This document shows, piece after piece, positions 1 to 8,875 of a stretch of 64,000 nucleotides of DNA. The translations under genes were made by a program, and so were the position numbers. The notes beneath the pieces are model-generated. The model was not told the DNA's origin and made no database searches. It saw only the letters and a program-made list of their open reading frames with translations. The DNA lies in assembly GCA_024653775.1 (NCBI GenBank), contig JANLHZ010000037.1, positions 1 through 64,000 of the forward strand. Direction: 5' to 3'. Within the stretch, counting starts at the first letter, position 1, and the number at the start of each line of letters is the position of its first letter. The stretch comes from Planctomycetota bacterium (GTDB lineage Bacteria > Planctomycetota > UBA8742 > JACQVU01 > JANLHZ01).

Positions 1-73
1 ATGCATTCCCCGCGTCGAAAAGTGATATAATTTGGAATGATGACTACAGCAGCGGGAAATTAAATTTCAGTTC

Positions 74-799
74 CTACGGTGAATAACACGGGATAAAAGT
101 CGCCCATAAGGAATTATCGATACTTTTTTCCTTCTTTTTTGCTTCCACAAACGCTGAATTAGCGTCAGAGAAAATCCTCTCGATTTCGGCTTCCGCTTGT
201 TTTTGAAGCGAAGACAGCAAACGCAACTGCGAATTTATATACTCTTTCGCCTCTTTTTTTGATTGGAAACTTACGACGTCTTCAAAGGTTTTTTCGATGA
301 GATCGTTTGATTGCTCGACGAAAACTTGTACCACACTATAAATATCTGAGAGTAATTGATTCAGTTTTCGCTGAAGTGTGATTTTAACGTCGTTGTCAAT
401 AGAACGATATACTTTCGCTGTAAATGTGCCGTTCCAACTACCATAATCGACTAATGAATCTTGCTCGTCATAGAACTGAAGCCAGCCGGAGCCGGAGTAG
501 GTGCCGTCGATGGTGACTATTATGCCGGTGCCGTCGTCAGAGGGCTTTCTAGTTATCGTACTCGTGAACGTGGCGTTACCCTCGAAAACGTTGCTTGTCT
601 CTTCGTCAGAAAGAACCTGGTGAAAATTCACAGTCACAAAATCGCCGACAACATTCCCACTCAGCGTTATGGACGGATCGGGCGATTCGAACTCCAGCGT
701 TCCGTCATCGTGGTGGATCACCGGTATCAGCGACGTTGTTCCCTGCTGCGCGTATTCAGGCCATTTACCGTAGGTCGATGAGCCGGAGAGGAGGGTCAT
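74..799 (-). CDS. hypothetical secreted protein; the N-terminus probably continues to about 959 through a G8 homopolymer frameshift
   Basis: 241-aa ORF. The upstream frame encodes MKNVSHCPP, then a G8 run at 932-939, after which a -1 shift gives ISQCNWRKTLVIGLATVAFSLLGSSPARSQ, a signal peptide in frame with this ORF. Confidence 0.5.
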   Translation of the reverse strand: MTLLSGSSTYGKWPEYAQQGTTSLIPVIHHDDGTLEFESPDPSITLSGNVVGDFVTVNFHQVLSDEETSNVFEGNATFTSTITRKPSDDGTGIIVTIDGTYSGSGWLQFYDEQDSLVDYGSWNGTFTAKVYRSIDNDVKITLQRKLNQLLSDIYSVVQVFVEQSNDLIEKTFEDVVSFQSKKEAKEYINSQLRLLSSLQKQAEAEIERIFSDANSAFVEAKKKEKSIDNSLWATFIPCYSP

Positions 800-931
800 G
801 TTGAAAATCCAGTCCCCGGTGAGGTTGTTTTCTTCTTGCGTTTGAGATCGCGCGGGGGAACTGCCAAGTAACGAGAAAGCAACGGTTGCGAGTCCGATAA
901 CTAATGTTTTACGCCAGTTACATTGCGAAAT

Positions 932-939
932 GGGGGGGG
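932..939. repeat. G8/C8 homopolymer tract splitting the 5' end of the 74..799 gene
   Basis: tggggggggc seen in sequence. With 7 G the ATG at 957-959 would be in frame with the downstream ORF. Confidence 0.6.
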
Positions 940-1190
940 CAATGCGATACGTTTTTCATTTCGATCTCCGAGATTGTGAAACCAAACCGAGGTATCGTGA
1001 ATTATAGGTTGTCATTACGTCGTGTCAAATTATTTCTCCGGCATTGATTAGAAAAACTACCACATAGATAGTTGTGCGTTCGAGCCGGTCACGCCTGGAG
1101 ATCGCGCCCGAAAAGACTGATGATGTCGCGCTGGTCCACGTAGCCAGCGCGAGTATGACGGTTTCATCAGTAATTCGTAATTCCCGATTT

Positions 1191-2039
1191 CTAATTCTTC
1201 CGTCCTGATAGCGCGCGCGCGGCGAAGAAGATCATCAGCAGGGAGAATCCCGCGCACACCGCGAGGCAGGTCGTCATCGTCGGCGCGTCGACATCCGAGG
1301 GAGCAAGATTCGAAAGTGCGCCGCGGAGGGCGTAGCAGCCGTAGGTCATCGGGTTCACGAGCATCGTCCACTGAACGTGCTCGTGCGCGCCGCTATAAGG
1401 GAACATCGCTCCGGAAAGCATCCACATCGGAAGCAGAACGAGGTTCATCACGCCGTGGAAGCCGCCGACGGAATTGATTTTCCACGCGAAGAAAAATCCC
1501 ATCCCGGTTAGTCCCGCGGAAACGATCAGCAGCACTCCAATCGCTGCGAGCGCGCCTAGGAACGAGAACGAAAGCCCCGCAAGCGGCGCGAACGCGAGCA
1601 GAAGACAGCTCTGGATGAACACGACGATGCACGTCCCGATGACCTTTCCGACCACGATCGAAAACCTCGACACGGGCGCGACCAGCACCGCCTGCAGGAA
1701 TCCTTCGTTACGGTCCTCGATCACGGAGATCGTCGAGAAGATGCTCGAAAAAAGCACCATCATCAGAATGATTCCGGGGTAGAAATAGATCGCGTATGTC
1801 TCGCCCGGGGTCTGCTCCGCGAAGCTCTTCTGCATTCCGAAGCCGAGCATCGCCCAGAATATCACGGGCGTCGCGAGCGCGCCGATCAGCCTCGATCGCT
1901 GTCGGAAGAACCTGACGCCTTCCCGTAGTCCAAGGGTGAGCGACGGCAGAACGAACGACGTGTAAATCGACGACTCCTTTACGTCGAAGTCCGTCGCTAC
2001 TCCAATTGGCTGCGATTGTGAAATAGCTGTGTCAGTCAT
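1191..2039 (-). CDS. ABC-2 family transporter permease-like membrane protein; no ATPase gene adjacent
   Basis: 282 aa with about six hydrophobic segments and an ABC-2-like N-terminal cytoplasmic region. Confidence 0.55.
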   Translation of the reverse strand: MTDTAISQSQPIGVATDFDVKESSIYTSFVLPSLTLGLREGVRFFRQRSRLIGALATPVIFWAMLGFGMQKSFAEQTPGETYAIYFYPGIILMMVLFSSIFSTISVIEDRNEGFLQAVLVAPVSRFSIVVGKVIGTCIVVFIQSCLLLAFAPLAGLSFSFLGALAAIGVLLIVSAGLTGMGFFFAWKINSVGGFHGVMNLVLLPMWMLSGAMFPYSGAHEHVQWTMLVNPMTYGCYALRGALSNLAPSDVDAPTMTTCLAVCAGFSLLMIFFAARALSGRKN

Positions 2040-2770
2040 TCGTCGTCCTTCCAGTCCTGTAAGTCGGGTGCGCTGATCATTTCGAGTTCGAGCATATCCC
2101 CGATGCGCTTCGAAAATCCAGAGTCAGAGAATTCCGGCTGCCCTTCGCCATCGACCTCGAAAAATACCGCGAACCGGTACACCAGCGGCATGTTCCATTC
2201 GCGAGGCTGCGATCCGCCAAGGGTGACGACCTCTTTCACCAGATAATCGCTGTAGTCGTTTTCCAACGAGCACGCCGGGCAGTCCCGCGGCAAGTGCTTT
2301 TTGTACAGAGGCTCGTACTTGTGCTCGGAAGCGATCTCGAATTGGTGCCCGCAGCTTCCGCACGAAGGCAGATGGGGCGGGTTCGGAAACAGCAAACGAT
2401 GCTGCATAACGAACCTGACGCCGACTTCGTAACGCGCCAGCTCGTCTCGCCTCGCGACTACGAGAGGAACGTCGACCTCATCGGGATTCTGTCCGGAGCC
2501 TTCGAAAACGACGGTCCTGGAAAATTCGAGGTTTCGAGGCCTTTGAAGGTACACGAAGTCGATCGCCTCGCGGACGTTCCTGAAATTCAGGGACGCGACT
2601 CCCTTCGGCCTTCCGACCAGGCACCGGAGAGGCGACGCCCTGCCTTCGTCAAGCTCCGGGCCCAGCACCTCTGGCAGGATCCCCCGCACTAGAAGATGCT
2701 CGAGCAGCAGCACGACTTTCTGGAAGACCGGCTGCTTTCCTGGAACCTTTGGTATGAGCAGAAGTTTCAT
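2036..2770 (-). CDS. hypothetical protein with a C4 zinc-ribbon motif (SCGSCG...CPAC)
   Basis: 244-aa ORF whose stop overlaps the downstream permease start by 4 nt (ATGA), suggesting translational coupling. No Walker motifs. Confidence 0.45.
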   Translation of the reverse strand: MKLLLIPKVPGKQPVFQKVVLLLEHLLVRGILPEVLGPELDEGRASPLRCLVGRPKGVASLNFRNVREAIDFVYLQRPRNLEFSRTVVFEGSGQNPDEVDVPLVVARRDELARYEVGVRFVMQHRLLFPNPPHLPSCGSCGHQFEIASEHKYEPLYKKHLPRDCPACSLENDYSDYLVKEVVTLGGSQPREWNMPLVYRFAVFFEVDGEGQPEFSDSGFSKRIGDMLELEMISAPDLQDWKDDE

Positions 2771-3157
2771 TCCGGCGCGGAGTTAGGAGTCTGAAACTAA
2801 TAAGTGATACATCTCGCATCTCATATTCACGTCATCTTCACATCGCGCTCAATCGTCAAATCCTCATCGGAACTATAGCTACGACTGCGGTTTGACTCAA
2901 TCGCGCAATGCGAATCTGCCGCAACTCTGAGCGCGATTTTGTACAACTTATTAATTTCAGACTCCTTATGGCCAATCGAGTATGCCGTGAAGGTAACTAT
3001 TTGCGCTACGATTCGCAAGTATGGTTTTCATCCCTTTGGACGCGGGATACAATTAGAATAGTTGTCGGCGGTTGTTTTTTAGTCGTTGGCGGGCAAAGGC
3101 TGGCAATCGGAGTTTTGTTCGATCCGAAATTTGAAATCGCAAACTGTGGAGGTCGTT

Positions 3158-4339
3158 ATGTCGAATCCAGTAATCGTTGGTGGAAAAAGAACCGCAATCG
3201 GAAAGTTCCTCGGCGGACTTTCATCGATCGAAGCGCCTCAGCTTGGCGCGGTCGCGATCAAAGCCGCGATTGCGGACGCGGGCATCGAGGCGAGCGCGAT
3301 CGAAGAATGTATTATGGGTAACGTCTGCGGCGCCGGGATAGGGCAGAACCCCGCAAGGCAGGCCGCGAGAGTCGCGGGTCTTCCGGACGCGATCGGCAGC
3401 TTCACCATCAACAAGGTCTGCGGCAGCGGACTGAAGGCTGTGATGCTCGCGGCGCAGGCTATCAAGGCCGGCGACGCAAACGCGATCGTGGCAGGAGGGA
3501 TGGAAAGCATGTCGAACGTGCCGTTCTACGTCAACGGCATCCGTAATGGCGTAAAGATGGGAAACCAGAACCTTATTGACGGTATGATCGTCGACGGACT
3601 CTGGGACAAGTACTACGACTTCCACATGGGTATGACCGGCGAGGCGGTCGCGGAGAAATACGACGTCAGCAGGGAGGCTCAGGACAAGTTCGCCGCTTCG
3701 AGCCACGCGAAGGCCGCGAAGGCGATCGCGGACGGAATCTTCGCGCGGGAGATCGTTTCGGTTTCGATTCCGCAGAGAAAAGGCGATCCGGTGGTTTTCG
3801 ACGTAGATGAAGCCGTGCGCGCGGATACGACTCAGGAGACACTTTCGAAGCTGCGCCCCGCGTTCAAGAAGGACGGGACCGTCACCGCGGGGAACGCGCC
3901 CGGCGTCAATGACGGCGCTGCGGCGCTGGTCGTGATGAGCGAATCGCGCGCGAAGGAACTCGGCGCGCAGCCCTGCGCCCGAATACTCGGCTACGCTACG
4001 GGCGGCGTCGATCCGAAGTGGGTGATGATGGCTCCCGTGGAAGCGATCAAAAACCTGAACAGGAAGCTCGGGACCAAGGTCGGCGATTTCGATCTTTTCG
4101 AGCTGAACGAAGCCTTCAGCGTCCAGGCGCTTGCCTGTACCCGCGAAACCGGCATCGATCCGGAAAAGGTGAATATTCTCGGCGGAGCGGTCGCGCTCGG
4201 ACACCCGATCGGAGCGAGCGGCGCGCGCGTGCTCGTCACGCTGATGAACGCGCTCGAAACCCGCGGCAAAACCCGCGGCGTCGCGGCGCTCTGCCTCGGC
4301 GGAGGCAACGCGGTCGCAATGGCGATCGAACTTGTTTGA
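3158..4339 (+). CDS. acetyl-CoA C-acetyltransferase (thiolase II)
   Basis: Thiolase signatures NKVCGSGLKA, NAPGVNDGAAALVV and GGGNAVAMAIE. A GGAGG ribosome-binding site lies 6 nt upstream of ATG 3158. The 3086 start in the ORF track was rejected. Confidence 0.9.
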   Translation: MSNPVIVGGKRTAIGKFLGGLSSIEAPQLGAVAIKAAIADAGIEASAIEECIMGNVCGAGIGQNPARQAARVAGLPDAIGSFTINKVCGSGLKAVMLAAQAIKAGDANAIVAGGMESMSNVPFYVNGIRNGVKMGNQNLIDGMIVDGLWDKYYDFHMGMTGEAVAEKYDVSREAQDKFAASSHAKAAKAIADGIFAREIVSVSIPQRKGDPVVFDVDEAVRADTTQETLSKLRPAFKKDGTVTAGNAPGVNDGAAALVVMSESRAKELGAQPCARILGYATGGVDPKWVMMAPVEAIKNLNRKLGTKVGDFDLFELNEAFSVQALACTRETGIDPEKVNILGGAVALGHPIGASGARVLVTLMNALETRGKTRGVAALCLGGGNAVAMAIELV

Positions 4340-4357
4340 TGAACCGACGGTTCAACT

Positions 4358-4399
4358 ATAACACATTTTATTCGTGCCGTCTACGAATTTATTGTAATC
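4358..4399. repeat. palindromic intergenic element PE-1, copy 1 (core ATTCGTGCCGTCTACGAAT)
   Basis: Lies between the convergent thiolase and ATP-grasp genes. The same roughly 40-bp motif recurs at 14999, 16630, 16706 (inverted), 52195 and 57218. Confidence 0.7.
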
Positions 4400-4412
4400 T
4401 TATGTCCCGCGC

Positions 4413-5384
4413 TTAAATCCGTTCACTTGCGGAATCGACTATCAGACCGATCAGGTCGCGGAACGAGAGGCCGAATTTGCCGCAGAGAATCGGAAGGTCC
4501 GAATGCACCGGATTCAGCCCCGCGAGCGGGTTGACCTCGATGAAGTTGATTCGTCCGGTCGCGTCCGCGCGGACGTCGATTCTTCCCGCGTCGCGGCAGC
4601 CGATCGCGCGCCAGGCGCCAAGCGCGACCCCTCCGGCCTCGCGCTGGACCTCCTCGTCCGGAACGTCGTACGTGACTTTGCCCTCGTACTGATCCTTGTT
4701 CGCGAAGCCGTACTGACCGGCCTCCGCGTCTTTTCCGAGGTGTACCTCCATCATCCCGAGAACCCGCGCCTTCCGCCCCGTCCCGCCGATTCCGACGGTG
4801 AACTCCCGCCCCGGAAGATACGTCTCGACGAGCACGCCGAGTTTGTACTCCGCGAGCAGGCGCACGCAAGTCTCGCGCAGTTCCGCGGCGTTCGCGATTC
4901 TCGACTTCGCGCTGATTCCCTTGCCGGTGCCTTCCGCGACTGGTTTTGCGAACAGCGGGTACGGAAGCCGGACGTCCGCGACGTCGTTCGCGCAGGTGAC
5001 GACGTGGAAATCCGCCGTCGGTACGCCTGCGTCCCGCACGACGCGCTTCGTTTGCCCTTTGTGCAGCGTCAGCGCGCTGACAAGCACGTCGCTGAACGTG
5101 TACGGAATCTCGTACGCGTCGAGAAGCGCGGGCACCTGCGCCTCGCGCCCGATGCCGTGCATTCCTTCCGCGATGTTGAAAACGAGGTCCCAGCGCTCTC
5201 CGCTGACGACGCGCTTCGCGAGCGCCTTGAAATTTCCGATGCGATCGACCGTGTGCCCGAGGCTTTCGAGCGCGCCCGCTATCCCGTCGATGGTGTCGGG
5301 CTTGTCGAACTCCGCGGCCTGCTCGCGGGTGTAACCTTCCGCGAGCCAGTCGTAGATCAGGTCGTATGTGAATCCAATAAGCAT
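4413..5384 (-). CDS. ATP-grasp ligase, D-alanine--D-alanine ligase family
   Basis: 323 aa with a Ddl-like N-domain and an ATP-grasp fold (EYLPGREFTVGI, IEVNPLAGL). Confidence 0.8.
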   Translation of the reverse strand: MLIGFTYDLIYDWLAEGYTREQAAEFDKPDTIDGIAGALESLGHTVDRIGNFKALAKRVVSGERWDLVFNIAEGMHGIGREAQVPALLDAYEIPYTFSDVLVSALTLHKGQTKRVVRDAGVPTADFHVVTCANDVADVRLPYPLFAKPVAEGTGKGISAKSRIANAAELRETCVRLLAEYKLGVLVETYLPGREFTVGIGGTGRKARVLGMMEVHLGKDAEAGQYGFANKDQYEGKVTYDVPDEEVQREAGGVALGAWRAIGCRDAGRIDVRADATGRINFIEVNPLAGLNPVHSDLPILCGKFGLSFRDLIGLIVDSASERI

Positions 5385-5405
5385 AGTAGTCAGTAGTCAG
5401 TAGTC
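5385..5405. repeat. heptanucleotide tandem array (AGTAGTC)x3 directly 5' of the ATP-grasp start codon
   Basis: agtagtcagtagtcagtagtc abuts the start codon at 5382-5384. No Shine-Dalgarno sequence is visible. Confidence 0.8.
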
Positions 5406-5497
5406 ATAGAATTAGAAACTTGCTCGAAATTCCGCTGCGCAGACGCGCATAGGCTATAAGAGCATTTTTATTTCCGCGCTGAAGAAATTCGTGGATT

Positions 5498-7075
5498 TCA
5501 GACACTCGCAAGTCTCTTCGAATAGACGAGCTGCGAGTCGCCTTCATCGTAATATTCGTCGAGCGTCGCAACCAGAGTCCAGCCCATCTTGATATAAAAA
5601 CCGCGGGTGCTTTCGTACAGATCTCTCGACGACGTCTGCAGGAACGCGCGCCTGCCGCCCAGGTTCGCGATCTCTTTCTCGGTGCGCTTCATCAGCTTCC
5701 CGCCGACGCCCGCGCCGCGGATCGACTGATCGACTGCGATCCAGTAGAGATCGAAGCTGCCCGCTGCGCCTGGGATCCTGCCGAAGCAGGTGTAGCCCGC
5801 GACGCGCCCTTCGATTTCCGCGAAAACGAACTCGTAGGTGCTCTCGGCGCCTTTGTCGAGCTTTTCCTGCACGAGTTCCACCGCGATATCGATTTCCTCC
5901 GCGTAGAAGTAGCCCGAGCTTGCTACTATCCCGCGCACCGCTTCGAGGTCGTCGGCGCGAACCTCCAGTCGAAATGAAATCTCCGGCGATTTTCGATTTT
6001 CGGAAGGATCGAGGATCGAGGATCGAGGATCGAGTTTTTTCACTTCCGACTCCCGACTTTCGATTCTTGACTTCGGCTCCCTCGACTCTGCTTCCGCGAT
6101 AATCTCCCGCACCACGTCCGCGTACGACAGCCCCCGTCGCTCCGCCGCGGAGATGAACCCTGAGTCGGGCGCGATTCCCGGATTCGCGTTGATTTCGAGC
6201 ACGAATACCCGTCCGCCCTCATCGACTCGAAAATCGACCCGCGAATAGCTCCGCAGTCCGAATATTTCCGCGCAGGACATGGCTGCGCGCCGCAGCTTCG
6301 AAAGCAGGAGCGCGTCCTCCTTCGGAAAATCGAACGTCCGCACGGTCCGGTGATATTCCGGCGCGTCTTCGTTCCACTTCGCGTCGTAGTGCACGATCTT
6401 CAGCTTGTCCGCGTCGTAATCCCTGAACGTCATCTCCGCTATCGGCAGCACCTCGATGACGCCTCGGATGGAAAGCAGCGAGACGTTGAACTCCCGGCCG
6501 TCGATGAACTCTTCGGCGAAGCTGCTCGAATTCGTCTTCTCTTCCGCGCGGCGCACGAGCGCGAGGAGGTCGTCATCGCCTTCGGCCTCGCGGACGCTTT
6601 CGTCATCGATGCCGATGGAGGCGTGCTCCCAGACGCTCTTTCCGATGAACCGCGCCGGAAAGTGAACGTTGCCCGTCAGGCCTTCGCCAGGGACGAACCA
6701 CGCAGGAGTCTGGATCCCGCCCTGGCGCATAATTCGTTTAGAGAAGACTTTATTCGTCGTCGCGTTCAACGATGACGCGCTCTCCCCGGCGTAGGGGATG
6801 CCGAGGTTTTCGAGCAGCGCCGGCGCAAGCGGGAGATAGCAGCCCCTGCCCGCGACGGTGTCGACGATGTTGAAAACGACGTCCGGCTTCAACCTTCGAA
6901 GCTCCGCCTCCGCGCGAGAGACGTCGGTTGTCAGTTCGACGACGATCCCGCGACACCCGATTTCCGCGAGAGCCGCGAGGATCGCTTTCGACGTAATTAC
7001 CGAGTCCTGCTCGTCCGCTCCAGAATTCTTCGCAATAGCGGACATAAGGACCGCCACGAGTTTTTTGTCTGTCAT
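5498..7075 (-). CDS. bifunctional ATP-grasp (Ddl-like) ligase fused to a C-terminal GNAT N-acetyltransferase
   Basis: 525 aa. The N-terminal two-thirds are a Ddl-like ATP-grasp (FVLEINANPG). The C-terminal roughly 150 aa are a GNAT domain with an acetyl-CoA motif (IRGAGVGGKLM). A low-complexity linker joins them. Confidence 0.8.
   Translation of the reverse strand: MTDKKLVAVLMSAIAKNSGADEQDSVITSKAILAALAEIGCRGIVVELTTDVSRAEAELRRLKPDVVFNIVDTVAGRGCYLPLAPALLENLGIPYAGESASSLNATTNKVFSKRIMRQGGIQTPAWFVPGEGLTGNVHFPARFIGKSVWEHASIGIDDESVREAEGDDDLLALVRRAEEKTNSSSFAEEFIDGREFNVSLLSIRGVIEVLPIAEMTFRDYDADKLKIVHYDAKWNEDAPEYHRTVRTFDFPKEDALLLSKLRRAAMSCAEIFGLRSYSRVDFRVDEGGRVFVLEINANPGIAPDSGFISAAERRGLSYADVVREIIAEAESREPKSRIESRESEVKKLDPRSSILDPSENRKSPEISFRLEVRADDLEAVRGIVASSGYFYAEEIDIAVELVQEKLDKGAESTYEFVFAEIEGRVAGYTCFGRIPGAAGSFDLYWIAVDQSIRGAGVGGKLMKRTEKEIANLGGRRAFLQTSSRDLYESTRGFYIKMGWTLVATLDEYYDEGDSQLVYSKRLASV
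6006..6034. repeat. intragenic (GGATCGA)x4 microsatellite in the linker between the ATP-grasp and GNAT domains
   Basis: ggatcgaggatcgaggatcgaggatcgag. The 7-bp unit is not a multiple of 3. Confidence 0.8.
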
Positions 7076-7095
7076 ATCGTTCGTCCCTCACCCGC

Positions 7096-7117
7096 GCCCT
7101 CTCCCGAAGGAGAGGGC
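7096..7117. other. intercistronic hairpin (gccctctcc-cgaa-ggagagggc) between kamA and the ATP-grasp-GNAT gene
   Basis: 9-bp perfect stem seen in sequence, with no T-run after it. Confidence 0.4.
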
Positions 7118-7129
7118 AGGTGGGTTTCG

Positions 7130-8617
7130 CTATGCTCCGAAAGTGAACGAGCACTTAGGCGCGCCGAGGGCGTGCTGGACCGCTGCGGGAGCAGTGTCGG
7201 AGCTGCGGACGGGGACGTCCGCGGTCCCGGGTTTCGGGTCCGGATACGCGTACATCTTGTTCTCGTAGTTCGTGACGTACACGTTCTCTTCGTCCCGACC
7301 GGCCATATAGTTCGGCAGGATCGGAATCTTGCCGCCGCCGCCTGGGGCGTCGATGACGTAATGCGGGACCGCGTATCCCGTCGTGTGGCCGCGGAGACCT
7401 TTTATGATCTCGAGACCGGTTTCGACGGAAGTGCGGAAATGCTCGGAACCCGTTATCGGATCGCACTGGTAGAGATAGTACGGACGAACGCGGATCATAA
7501 GCAGTCCGTGCATCAGCTTCTTCATCGCGTCGACGTTATCGTTCACGCCTTTCAGAAGCACCGTCTGGCTTCCGAGCGGAATCCCCGCGTCCGCAAGCAT
7601 ATTACAGGCGGTGGAGACCTCGGGCGTCAACTCGTCCGGATGCGTGAAGTGGACGCTCATATAGAACGGATGATACTTGCGCAGCATCCGAACGAGCGGC
7701 TTCTTGATCCTCTGCGGCAGCACCACGGGCACTTTCGTACCGATGCGCAGGAACTCGACGTGCTTTATCGCGCGGAGACGCGAAAGCAGGTATTCGATCT
7801 GCGAATCGCCAAGAGTGAGCGGATCGCCGCCGGAAAGGAGGACGTCGCGGATCTCGGGATGTTGCGCGACGTATTCGATTCCCTGGTCGAGGACCGCGCG
7901 GTTGAACGTGCGCTTCTGCCCGCCTCCGACGAAGCGCGAGCGCGTGCAGTAGCGGCAGTACACCGAGCAGAAGTCCGTCGAGAGGAACAGAACACGGTCG
8001 GGATAGCGGTGGACGATGCTCGCGACGGGACTTGTGTGGTCCTCGCCGAGTGGGTCGTCGCTCTCGCCGACGCCTTTGGTCAGTTCGAGCGCTGTTGGAA
8101 TCATCGTCCTTCGGAGCGGATCCTGAGCATCCTTCCCGAAGATCAGGCTCGCGTAGTACGGCGTAATCCCGAGGGGGAAGCCCGTGCTTCCGCCGGCGAA
8201 GAAGTTTCTCTCATCGTCCGTGAGGTCGAAGTAGCGCTCGAGCTGGGAGGAATGTTTTATGCGGTTCCGAAGCTGCCAGGTCCAGTTGTTCCAGCTTTCG
8301 AGGCTGGCGTCCGGGAAGAACCGTTTTTTGAATGCGAGCGCAAGCGGACTGATTTTGTCGGAGCCGTCCTGGTTCGACGAGGTGGAGATGGTGAGGGCGG
8401 CTTCAGAGGCGGAGACGCTGCTTCCCTGGACGAGAAGCGCGGTGTGGGAAGTGGAAGGGAACTCCGCGATTATCGCGGTTTTGGCGCGCGATTTATTGCG
8501 TGCCAGGGTGGCCTTGGGCCTTGATTGAGGAGTTTTCGTTTTTCGGCGCAAATCTGGAGGCTCGGCGGCCTCACGGGTGCCAAACTCGTTATCTTCTCCT
8601 CCTGAGCCTTTACTCAT
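7130..8617 (-). CDS. kamA: L-lysine 2,3-aminomutase (KamA family radical SAM, PLP-dependent) with an atypical roughly 110-aa low-complexity N-terminal extension
   Basis: CSVYCRYCTRSRF radical-SAM motif, GGDPLTLGD, PYYLYQCD and DAPGGGGK. Start chosen at ATG 8617 (MSKGSGG), which has an AGGAAAGG ribosome-binding site. The ORF track start at 8713 lacks one. Confidence 0.85.
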   Translation of the reverse strand: MSKGSGGEDNEFGTREAAEPPDLRRKTKTPQSRPKATLARNKSRAKTAIIAEFPSTSHTALLVQGSSVSASEAALTISTSSNQDGSDKISPLALAFKKRFFPDASLESWNNWTWQLRNRIKHSSQLERYFDLTDDERNFFAGGSTGFPLGITPYYASLIFGKDAQDPLRRTMIPTALELTKGVGESDDPLGEDHTSPVASIVHRYPDRVLFLSTDFCSVYCRYCTRSRFVGGGQKRTFNRAVLDQGIEYVAQHPEIRDVLLSGGDPLTLGDSQIEYLLSRLRAIKHVEFLRIGTKVPVVLPQRIKKPLVRMLRKYHPFYMSVHFTHPDELTPEVSTACNMLADAGIPLGSQTVLLKGVNDNVDAMKKLMHGLLMIRVRPYYLYQCDPITGSEHFRTSVETGLEIIKGLRGHTTGYAVPHYVIDAPGGGGKIPILPNYMAGRDEENVYVTNYENKMYAYPDPKPGTADVPVRSSDTAPAAVQHALGAPKCSFTFGA

Positions 8618-8875
8618 AACAAACCCTTTCCTGATCCGGGCACCTCTTGACCCCGGCAACTTTCGCGTGAGTTTCGAAATTTTCGCCTTGGGTCTTAAGG
8701 TACAAATTGTCACTCACTCTTAAGATCATATAAACACTTACTAGCCGGGTTTCAATTGGCTCACTTTCAAAAATGAAAATTATTTTTCGCATGTCAAAAA
8801 ACAACCCCCGTTGCGGTCTTCCGGACGTTTGTGATTTAATTTCCGGATTCCCGGACGATTCCAGAGGAGCGCGAC

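Noticed and set aside
1191-2770. ABC transporter operon
   Set aside because: Only a permease-like protein is present. The co-transcribed partner has no Walker A or B motifs, so a complete ABC system cannot be supported from this window.
3086-3157. Upstream start for the thiolase at 3086 as given in the ORF track
   Set aside because: ATG 3158 has a perfect GGAGG at optimal spacing and matches the conserved thiolase N-terminus (MSNPVIVGG). The upstream residues have no homology.
4371-4389. GCCGTCT inside the PE-1 core resembles the Neisseria DNA uptake sequence
   Set aside because: Only 7 nt match. The genome is 65% GC and its gene content is unlike Neisseria, so this is treated as coincidence.
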